Shown: positions 52,530 through 64,000 of the stretch, in pieces
How the letters are laid out: each line of letters opens with the position of its first letter
How positions within the stretch are numbered: position 1 is the stretch's first letter
Assembly: GCA_951406725.2 (NCBI GenBank)
Contig: OX597824.1
Location: forward strand, 12,028,001 to 12,092,000
From: Octopus vulgaris
Lineage: Eukaryota
Direction: 5' to 3'
DNA: 64,000 nucleotides
Made by a program: the position numbers and the translations under genes
Notes under the pieces: generated by a model
Seen by the model: the letters and a program-made list of their open reading frames with translations, nothing else
Told to the model about the DNA's origin: nothing
Databases searched by the model: none

Positions 52530-52960
52530 AGCGGCGAACTGGCAGAATCGGTAGCATGCCGGGTGAAATGCTTAGTAGCATTCTGTCTGCTGCTATGTTT
52601 TGAGTTCAAATTCTGCTGGGGGTCGACATTACCTTTTATCCTTTTAAGGTCAATTAAGTAGGTACCTATTTCTTTACTACCCACAAGGAGCTAAACACAG
52701 AGAAGACAAACAAGGACAGACAAACGGATTAAGTCGATTATATGGACCCCAGTGCGTAACTAGTACTTATTTAATCGACCCCGAAAGGATGAAAAGCAAA
52801 GTTGACCTCGGCGGAATTTCCACCCAGAACGTAGCGGCAGACGAAATACCGCAAAGCATTTCGCCCGGTGTGCTAACGATTTTGCCAGCTCGTCGCCTTA
52901 AAGGTCAATTAAGTAGGTACCAGTTATGCACTGGTGTTGATATAATTGACTTAATCCCTT
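52530..52960. mobile_element. SINE-B (-, about 52666-52900) inserted antisense into SINE-B (+)
   Basis: TSD AAGGTCAATTAAGTAGGTAC at 52646-52665 and 52901-52920. Confidence 0.9.
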
Positions 52961-53887
52961 CCTCCAGATTTGATGCCTTGCGCTTCCAGTAGACAGGATT
53001 ATTGATGACACAGATACATTGGTGTGTGTGTGTGTGTGTGTGTGCATGTGTTGTACATACACACAAGTGAAAAAGAGAGGGTTGGAGAAAGAGAGATGCA
53101 AGTCTTAGTGCTCAGCCTTCATTCAGCGATTGATGACTAATAGAATTGATTTATACAAAGCAGAGAAGAAAGAGTCAGTAAACATCACATGCCTGACGTA
53201 GTGATATATATACTAAGCTAAATATATTAACAGAACCAGACTGTTTAAGGTCAATTAGGAGAGCAGTGTGAAATGTCAAAGACTGTTGTCATCCACACTA
53301 AAACAATCCCACCCACGGATCCCTGCCAATGGAATATCCCTAAATGGAACACATTACATACATACATTGAACACACGTGTCCTTAATTTCTTAACTGTTT
53401 CTGGATACCGCCTGCTTCTACACCATAATGTATATAAGCAGTGAAAATCATATACAACTGTCTTGGCACTTCTGCTCACAAGACATCATCTTGTGATAAT
53501 GTTAATGGACTGCCTGACAGCAGAAAATCTAGAATACATTACACAGACATTCCAATAAATATTTATGCTATTTGATTTTATTTTCAAGTCTTTATTTCAG
53601 CATTACACACGATAAATACACTAACACACAAACATAGATACATATATACCACAAGCACCGTGTGTGTGGCTGAGTGGATGGTGAATGTGCTCTATAACTA
53701 CATGATCATATGCATATAGTTTAGAGTTCAATTTCACTGCATGGCACCTTGGGCAAGTGTCTTTTCTTTGCTGCCTCAGACTGACCAATGCTTTGTGAAT
53801 AGAACTGAAAGACAAAATCTATCACACACACACACATATATATAAGTGTGTCTGTGTGTGTCAATGTTTGTATTCTGCAGCTTCATA

Positions 53888-53925
<38 letters not shown>

Positions 53926-54258
53926 TGAAAATACAATCACGCACACACAATGTACACATATATACATACATACACTTACCCACAGAAACACAGATATGTT
54001 TTCCAAAATGGAACACCTTTCTATCATGTGATCAACTTGAAAAATTGTTAAGACAGACTATCTTGCTACTTGTCTTAACATGAAACCAATGATAGCCTTA
54101 ATTCACAAATAAAGAAATATCCACCAATGTGATATTGAGCACTCATTTTCATCATTCAACACACACACACACACGTGTATGTGTGTATATATATATATAT
54201 ATATTCCGTTTTGGGATTTGGTTTGCAAGATTCTTTATGTGAGTTCGTGTGTTGAAGC

Positions 54259-54459
54259 ATATTCTGTTGTGTCTGAGGAGAGTCATTTTCTTTTTGTGCC
54301 TTATAATTTAACACACTCACCGGCAAAATTTCCACTTATTCCTTTTTTTTTATTATTTGTTATTTATTTTTTTCAGGAGTAAGTGGAAATTTTACCGGTG
54401 GGTGTGTTAAATTATAAGGCACAAAAAGAAAATGACTCTCCCCAGACACAACAGAATAT
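54259..54459. repeat. Inverted repeat, 85-bp arms, 31-nt loop
   Basis: 54259-54343 pairs with 54375-54459 with 4 mismatches. Confidence 0.95.
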
Positions 54460-54499
54460 ATATATATATATATATATGTTACACACACATATACACAGA

Positions 54500-54758
54500 C
54501 AGTTGTGGCCAAAAGTTTGGAATATAGGTCTGAAAATTAGAATTTTTATATTAAACGCTCAATGTTATATTTAATTTGCAACATATTATAACTTGGCTAA
54601 AAGTTTGATACATAGGCCAGATATTTTTTTTCTTCTAGATAGTGAACCATTGAATCAGTTATTAGGTAAGTATATCTCTACGTTGTATATATTTGAATCG
54701 AATTGTACTTGGGCATAATTCTAATTTTTAAAAAAATATTCAAATCTTTTGACCACAA

Positions 54759-54761
<3 letters not shown>
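54500..54761. mobile_element. Tc1-derived MITE
   Basis: Ends CAGTTGTGGCCAAAAGTTTGGAATA / TATTCAAATCTTTTGACCACAACTA, lying in a TA microsatellite. Confidence 0.7.
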
Positions 54762-54820
<59 letters not shown>

Positions 54821-55779
54821 AATTATCATACTTTAGTCTGTTACAGCCCACCTACATAATACAGTCCAACTGAAGTAACTATATATCTCCCTACAGCAAG
54901 ACACCTGTTCCCGTCTCTCTACCACCTGGCATAAAACCACCTCTATACTACTCCACACTCAGCTGAAGGTGCCTTTGTCTTGCAAGTTACTCAGTAACCA
55001 CACCAATGCTGGTGCCACATAAAAAGCACCTAGTACAGTTAGTAAAGTAGTTGGTAGTAGAAAGAGCATCCAGTCATAAAAACCATGCAAAAGCAAGCAA
55101 TGGATCTTGGTGCAGTCCTCTGGCTCACCAGCACCTGTTAAAGCATTCCACCCATGCCAAAATAGAAAATAGATGCTAACTGATGTTGACAAGATCAGTA
55201 ACATGAGATTGGATAATTAGGTTAAAACACATGCAAAGAAATTCTCAATGAAATATTTCTTTCTTAATTGGAGAAAGAAAAGAACACCTTAGTGGTAAAT
55301 TTCAAAGAATCAGAAGAAATTGATAAATAGTATTCTATGTAATGTAACATCATGCAGGCCCAGCACATTTCTATACACACCCTCAAAAACTCCAACTGGT
55401 TAACCTTTAACATCATTATCCCCTACAAATCCCTCTAAATCACAACATAAATCCAGGTCATTACACTCAACTACCAACTCACAAACCTAACACAGAAAAT
55501 ATATTGTTTTGAGAAAGGTTAAAAAAAAACAAAACAACTCTCTCCCACACATACCATTCTAACCATCAGTGGCATCAGCAAACTTTGGATTCCATTCCTT
55601 ACTATTCACTCATACAAAAATTACTCGACTCCACCTTAGAAATAACGAAACAATACTTGGTTTAACTCCTTGTCAGGCTGCCAAAAGTTGTCTACATGGA
55701 AAAAACCACTTCCAAAATGGAGTACTGCAGAGATCCATCTTCTTAACCATTCCTTTCAACCTATCTCTCTCTCTTTCTC

Positions 55780-56283
<504 letters not shown>

Positions 56284-57738
56284 ATATTTACATACCCACA
56301 TGTGTGTGGGCATATGTGTGTGTGACTATGTGTGTGTGTGCCTTCTCACTGTTCACACAGTGTAAATGGTGTCATTGATTAAATCTGCTGTGGTAATGTG
56401 TCTGACTATCTGTGTGCTGTGTAAACAATGTCACCTTCATACAGACAGTGTCTGTTTACATTAGTTGTGAAAACATGCCCAAGTTGCACCCAGGGAAAAT
56501 TGCACCATTACTTGGAAACAGGTGATGGTTAGCAACAGAAAGAGTACCTGGCTGTAAGAAACTTACTTCAATAAGTCTTGACTGACCCAAGCTACCAAAG
56601 AAAAGATGGACATTAAAATGATGATGATCTACACACACACACACACATATACACTATACAAATAAGTGCTGCTTGTGGCTGTATGGTCAGCAAATTTGCT
56701 TCCCAGCCACAAGGTTCCAAGTTCAGTTCCACTTTGTGGAACCAGGGACAAGTGTGTTCCACTATAGCCCTGAGTTGACCAAAGCTTTGCGAGTAGACTT
56801 GGTAGATGGAAACTGAAAGAAGCCCATCATATATGGTGTATAAACAATGTCATCTTCATATAGACAGTGTCTGTTTATATTTGTTGTGAAAACATGCCCA
56901 AGTTGCACCCAGGGAAAATTGCACCATTACTTGGAAACAAGGGAAGGTTAGCAACAGAAAGAGTGCCCGGCTGTAGATGGAAACTGAAAGAAGCCCACCA
57001 TATATGATAGGCTTCCAACCCATACCAGAATAGAAGGTGGATGTTAATATATATATATATAAAGTTGAACACACATACACGAGGTGTGTGTATGTGTTGT
57101 TAGTTCATCTACAATTTTTAGGCGTAATATATTCTCAATGCCCTTGGTGTAAAAACACCTGAAAGCAAGTCATAACTAAGCGAGATAACTCACATCAAAT
57201 CCTTTTTTTTTTGAATCACAGACTTCGATGTTTCATCTTTTTGACTTGTCAATGTCACACACACATATACACATACATACACATATATATATGTATGCAT
57301 ATGTGTATGAGAGTGTTTGTGACTCCTTGACTTGACATTGTGTGATGCAAGTATCGATCACCCAGTGTGGATGAAACTTTAGAAAAAGACCTTGGAAAAC
57401 ATCTCAAGAAACTGAACCATGGAAAAAAGGGATATAACAAAGGACTGCAATGAATAGCATCAGGCTGCACTAGAGAAAATTCCCTCAACCAATACAAGCA
57501 TATGAAAATGGTGGAGATTGTGTTGAATAATATATCTTCCCACCCAAGCTAGCAAAGATCACAGACGTTAAATGATGATTATGATTTGGATCAGTTACCT
57601 ATTTTGTTGAAGCAACATTTTCATTTACAGCCCCACCTCTCTTCTTCACTCTCTTATCTTTTATTCACCTTCTCTCCTATCACTATGTTATGCCAACTGA
57701 GTACCTGGTAAGGTATCAGATTTGCTTATATCCAGTTC

Positions 57739-58073
57739 CCTGTTACGCACTGGGATCGATGTAATCGACTTTATCTGTTTGTCCTCTCTGTGCGTAGCCC
57801 CTTGTGGGTAGTAAAGAAATAGGTATTTTGCCTGCCATTTAAGGTGGCGAGCTGGCAGAAACGTTAGCGCGCCGGGCGAAATGCTTATCAGTATTTCGTC
57901 TGCCACTACGATCTGAATTCAAATTCCACCGAGGTCGACTTTGCCTTTCATCCTTTCGAGGTCGATAAATAAAGTACCAGTTGCGCACTGGGGTCGATGT
58001 AATCGATTTAATCCCTTTGTCTGTCCTTATTTGTCCCCTCTATGTTTAGCCCCTTGTGGGCAATAAAGAAATA
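57739..58073 (+). mobile_element. SINE-B partial unit followed by a full copy
   Basis: Tail...AAAGAAATAGGTATTTTGCCTGCC and then a complete head-to-tail copy. Flanked by ATAT(C/T)CAGTTCCCT. Confidence 0.85.
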
Positions 58074-58655
58074 TATATTCAGTTCCCTCTACCGTCATCT
58101 TTTATCACTCTATATCTCTATTAACACAAGTCCGGGACTCAATTTCTCCAACCATCACTCATCTTTACAACCACCTTTCATAGTACCCAGCCTTACCACT
58201 CATCACTAACATCCATTTTTCTCTCTCTCTCTCTTTCTTCCTCTCAAACATTACTTTGCTATCATGCAGCCCATGCATTTTTCTATTCAATCTCCTACCC
58301 AACAATCAACATGTCTATTGGTCTATTGATCTCTTCCATTACAACCTTCTCTATCACCTCTTGCCTTGATTTCTCTCTCTCTCTCCTCTTTTCACTTCAC
58401 CCTTTTGGTCAGGTTATCTTGCATGAAGAGGGACAACATAGGCTAGAAAAGATACTATAGTCTTTTCAGGGGCAAGAAAGCCTCTAGTGCTGGTACCATG
58501 ATAAAATGCATTCACTATAATTTGTAATGTGCAAGTGTTATGGTAAAAATATATCCACTATTATCTGAGGCTGGCTTTAAAAAGTGCACCCAGCCACAGA
58601 AACCATGCAAAATGAAGCATATAAGATGTGATCTTCTCTCATCAGGGAGGGTAGT

Positions 58656-59210
58656 AACACTAAATTAAGACCTGAAACTGTAATGACTCCTCCAACCCAT
58701 GCCAATGTGGATAAACAAATGTAAAAAGATGATCTTTTATCCTTTTCTCTTTTAATCTTTTTACTTGTTTCAATCAGTGGACTGCAGCCATACTGGAGCA
58801 CTGCCCTGAAGAGTTTAGTCAAACAAATTGCATCCAGAACACTAAATTAGGACCGTCTCAAACTGTAATGATTCCTCCAACCCATGCCAACGTGGATAAA
58901 CAAATGTAAAAAGATGATCTTTTATCCTTTTCTCTTTTAATCTTTTTACTTGTTTCAATCAGTGGACTGCAGCCATACTGGAGCACTGCCCTGAAGAGTT
59001 TAGTCAAACAAATTGCATCCAGAACACTAAATTAGGACCGTCTCAAACTGTAATGATTCCTCCAACCCATGCCAACGTGGATAAACAAATGTAAAAAGAT
59101 GATCTTTTATCCTTTTCTCTTTTAATCTTTTCACTTGTTTCAATCAGTGGACTGCAGCCATACTGGGGCACTGTCCTGAAGAGTTTAGTCAAACAAATCG
59201 CCTCCAGAAC
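58656..59210. repeat. Tandem repeat, 3 x 182-185 bp
   Basis: Units start with AACACTAAATTA at 58656, 58838 and 59023. Confidence 0.95.
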
Positions 59211-61939
59211 TTTTTTTTTTTAAGTGTGGTACTTAGTCTCTTTTACCTAACTGCTGAGTTATGGAGACATAAACAAACCAACACCAGCCGTCAAGTGGTA
59301 GAATAAGGTATACAAGCAAAAACATTTTATATATATGTATGTGCGTGTGTGACTAATTTGCAATTTTGAGTTGTTTTGCCTCTTATTTCTAGCAATACTG
59401 GTGCTGAATAGTGTCCTCTGTTCACTTTGGTGACATATTATATCTACACACACACACACACACGACAGGTTTCCATACAGTTTCCATCTACCAAATTCAC
59501 TCACAAGGCATTGCTCAGCCTGTGGCTATTTTAGAAGACACATGTCCAAGGTGTTTGCACCATGGGATTGAACCAGATATCACATGGTTGCAATGAGAGC
59601 TTCTTACCCCACAGCCATGATGATGAGAAATTTTTTTCTATGCTTTAAATTTACTTAAGCTTCTGTTTTCTAATTTGGTGCTAAGTACCCATACACAAAC
59701 TTTAGAAAAAACCCTGTTAGACTTTTCAATTCCCTGAGAATTTCCAGCTGTTAGCAATGCAATTCAATGCATTCTCATGATGACTTTTCCTGAATGCAGT
59801 CAAATAAGCAAGTAAATGTGATAAGTGCACTATCCCATCCATGTACATAGGTAGCATCATACAGTTGCCTTTCTTTTTTTCTCTCTCTCTCTCTGTAGAG
59901 AGCCAGCAGCTGCTGAGAAGGAAAATATTTCTGGCCTATGAAATGGAAACTCTGAATTAATGCAGTTTTTGTTGCTTACAGAGTCTCCCCCGAGAGTACC
60001 AGAAATTGATAGATACAGCATGTGTAAAGACAGTGATAATTTGAACTGTGGAGAGACAGAGAGAGAGAGAGAAGTAATGATGTCATTTTGTGTTTTAGGC
60101 ATGCTTTCATGACAAAGAAATAGCAGTAACCATTACTTTAAGATATTTCCCAAGAGCTTTAGAAGCGTAAGTCAAGAGAATCACTGCAATTTGGAATCAA
60201 AAGTGGGTCACTGACTTGGCTTTATATTTTCCTCCATTAGATATCATTTCTATGTGCATGCATACATCTACATGACTTGTATGCTATAAAGTTTACTACA
60301 TAAGCACATCGTTTCAGATCCCATCTTCAATTTGAGCAAATATCTTCTATTATTGCCTTGTGAGTAAAACTGGACAGAAACTGTACACATGCAAATACAT
60401 GTATGTGCATGTGTGTGTGAGAGAGAGAGAGGGGGGGGGAATCATGCATGGCCAAATGCCTGTCAATGTTTATTACTACATGTCTTTGCATCAACACCAT
60501 TTAAGCAACAATGGCCCATAACCAGTACCTGCTGAAGCTCGGCAGTTTCAAAGTTGTATATATGCTTTTGTGTTTAACCACCCATTACTTGACAACCAGA
60601 GTTGCTTGTTTAATCCCTGTAAGTTAATGGTTAGGCAAAAGAGACTGATGGAATAAATATGAGACTTCAAAAAAAAAAAAAAAAAAAATGTAATGAGGTC
60701 AATTTGTTCGACTAAACCATTTAAGTGGTGCACCAGCATGGCCACAGTCCATTGACTGAAACCCGTAAAAAATAAAAGCTTCCGGTAGAACATGAGAAAG
60801 ATTTTTCACTTCAATAAACTTCTCAGACATCTCTACTACAAAGCCTGAATAATGCTAAATTTTTGTAATCCTAGAATTACCAAGAACTCTAATTCAAAAT
60901 ATGAAATATTTTTGAGTAGGTGGAGCCAGTAATAGAATAATGTGAAGAATTTACTACTTGGAGATAGAAAAAAATTCTATTATCATTAGCAATGTAGTTA
61001 ACATTTTTGTTATTCAAACTGCTTCTTTTGAATATGGAAAGAATATATTTACTACAAGCAATAATATCCAGAATGTTTCCATAAGAAATTTCCAAGTGTG
61101 GTTACATAAGTTAAGATGCTTGCTTCCCAACTACATGGTTTCAGGTTCAGTCTCACAAGTGTCTTCTACTGTAGCTCCAAGCCTACCAAAGCCTTGTAAG
61201 TGAATTTGGTAGATGGAAACTAAAAGAAAAAACCTGTTGTGTGTGTGAAACTCTGTGATTGTTGTAAATGAAAGTCATTCATTTTGCAGATTCTACAAAA
61301 ACATGTCTGGCCATGGAGAAGAGTTCGCAACAGACAGGTTACGTGAATGAAAGATGACATTAAATTAAAGAAAAAAAAGATTGCATTTGAACATGATTAT
61401 TAAGTTTACTCTTCCAAGCATTTTTTATAGGTGACAGTACCTAGGCCTTAAATCAAAAATCCAAATCTAAAATTAATATCTTGGCCTTAGAAACAGAATT
61501 ACTGCTACTGAACATTCTTTCATAACAGCTCTTAAAACATGGTTTGAGTATTTATAGTGCAGAAAACAAATTAGCATATGTGAAACCAGTAATTTGAATA
61601 TTACAAATTTAGTCAGAGTTGGTATATTTTTATAAATAAGCTAATAATTGCTTTGTGACTCCATAGCCTCAATATGATGTTGTATAGTTTAAAGCACAGA
61701 AAACTTTTATGAGATGGAAATAAATTAACATCATTTAAAGTCACTGACTGGTTGAATGAACTTGTGAAAGTAAAGCAGATTTTTCAAATATATACTAATA
61801 TCGATAAAAAAATAAATGTGAAGTTAATAGCTAAAATAAACAAATACTAATGAAAAAAATGGTCCACCAAGAAATTAAATGTTGAATTCAAATTTCAATA
61901 ATTCTCTCCAGAAAGAGTTTCAGACTTCATTATTTGCCT

Positions 61940-62510
61940 CACCGAGGCAATGACTAGCGACCAGGACCTTTGGAAATATGCTGTGCTTCAGAAAACCTGG
62001 CAAGCCAAGTGAGACCATAACCCTGTGGCCTATGCCAGGGGTGTCACCAGCCCACTTATGTGTATCTTTCCTTCATTGGACACTAAACTCTGCTTGCAAA
62101 GACCTGCTGAGGCAAGTGAAATCAAAATCAAATTCAATGATTGGCATCTGTGCTAGTGGAGCGCTAAGAGCACCATCCAAGCGTGATTGTTGCCAGAGCA
62201 GCAAACTGGCTTCTGTGCCAGTGCCATGCTAAAAGCACTATTTGAGTGCGATCGTTACCAGCGTCGCCTCACTAGTACTTGTGCCGGTGGCACGTGAAAA
62301 AAACATTCGAGTGAGGTTATTGCCAGTGCCACTGGACTGGCTCCTGTGCAGGTGGCACGTAAAAAAAAAAACCCACTACATTCTCAGAGTGGTTGGCGTT
62401 AGAAAGGGCATCCAGCTCAGATCAGATTGGAGCCTGGTGCAGCCATCTGGTTCACCAGTCCTCAGTCAAATTATCCAACCCATGGAAAGCAGATGTTAAG
62501 CGATGATGAT
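61940..62510 (+). mobile_element. RTE LINE 3' end (same family as 51530)
   Basis: EAMTSDQDLWKYAVL, UTR repeats and (GAT)n tail. Confidence 0.85.
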
Positions 62511-64000
62511 TATATTACTCAAGCATCTAAACTACCTTATTGTGTGCATCATATACTGTAATGAAAACCCCTCTTATAATAATAATTCCATATATGCATC
62601 ACCACATGCCATGACATTGAATTCATATGCAAAATTAAGAAGAGTGAAACACATACATGCTACCATACTTAAGTTCTCAAATTGTATAGACACATCAAAA
62701 TACACACACACACACACACAGAAAATCACATACGAACACATAAACATTGAACAAGTAATATAAAACTGTGAGCTATTTTGAAGCACAAAGTATTAAGTAA
62801 TTTGAAGTTGTGCTTTGTCCAGTCTGTACACCAAGTAATTAAAAGCAAGACAATATCTTGTGTTTTTAAAAACAATGTTTACAATATCCATCATTCTTGA
62901 CTGATCGGCAATTTGAGACCAAATGAAATATGTATATTTTTGTAAGATGTAACAATTATTTTCTGTTTTTATTTTGTTTTAGATAATTGGAATTTAAGCA
63001 AACATTACTCTGTCTATGGCCTGTTTTGATGAGTGAACTGTTAAGTAATTTCAAGGAGTGAATCGTTTAGTTAAAAAAAAAAAGGAATTACTAGTGTCGT
63101 TCTATTTGTTTTTGTCTTTAAAATTAATATTTACAAAGCTTGCAGCCTTTATTTTCTGCATTTTTACTTAAATCCAATTATTGTAGATATAATTGATTGA
63201 TTAAATAATTTACATTATGTTGACCAGTTATCCCTAAATATCCTGATGCCACACAATCTGTCCACATTCCTCAATCTTACTATGTGCAAGTATGTATGTA
63301 TGTGTGCATGCATGAGTGAGTGTGTAAACACATATTCCTTTTTACTTTAACATACACTTAGCCATAAATGCAAGGATCAAATGAAATTTGATGAGGAGGA
63401 TTTTTCTATGACCAGATGCTCTCTTCCTGGCTCCAACACTCACCTTTTCCTAAGCAAGACAACATTTCTAGAATTAAAGCCAGACATGATTTCATGGAAA
63501 ACTGCAAGTAAATTACACCATTTTTATATAAATGGTGACTTTGTATACACTCAGCATGCACCGTTAAGACAAAGTGGTGCATACAGATACACACACACAA
63601 ACAGGATTCTTTCAGTTTCCACCTAATTTAAATTCACTCATAAGGCTTTAGTTGACCTTGAGCTACAGAAGACATGCCGAAAGTAGTACAGAGTGAGACT
63701 GAACCATGCCAGCATGGAAGGTGGACGTTAAATGATAACGATGATGCAATACTTGCACATATATATATATGAATATTGGATTTTATTTATATATATATGT
63801 GCATGTGAGTGTGTATGTGGGAGAGAGAAAGAGAGGTGGTGAGCTGGCAGAATTGTAAGCATGCCAGGCAAGACAGTGGCATTTCAATATCCATCTTTAC
63901 ATTCTTATTTCTTTATTGCCCACAAGGAGCTAAACATAGAGAGGACAAACAAGGACAGACAAAGGGATTAAGTCGATTACATCGACCCCGGTACATAACT

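Overview
AT-rich, repeat-saturated animal genomic DNA. The SINE/MITE/RTE repertoire looks like a coleoid cephalopod, probably Octopus (inference). The window appears to be intronic sequence of one minus-strand gene, CLASRP (CLK4-associating SR-rich splicing regulator, DRY_EERY family). Two coding exons are visible (24254-24157 and 2456-2358), separated by a 21.7 kb intron. I could not find the start-codon exon or the downstream exons, so they probably lie outside the window. Neither exon is in the ORF track, and nearly all listed ORFs are repeat or microsatellite noise. The introns hold several tRNA-derived SINE families (my labels A, A2, B, D, E), RTE 3' ends (label C), RTE/CR1-type RT remnants, a decayed mariner, a Tc1 remnant, a deleted piggyBac, several MITEs and a small Helitron. 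The most notable items are: a perfect 27-bp long-range inverted repeat in unique sequence, repeated antisense SINE-into-SINE insertion at one site, three long hairpins that could be ADAR substrates, TE-poor islands with a candidate poison exon, and SINE tail swapping. I see no convincing novel protein-coding system. Repeat boundaries are approximate unless TIRs or TSDs are quoted.
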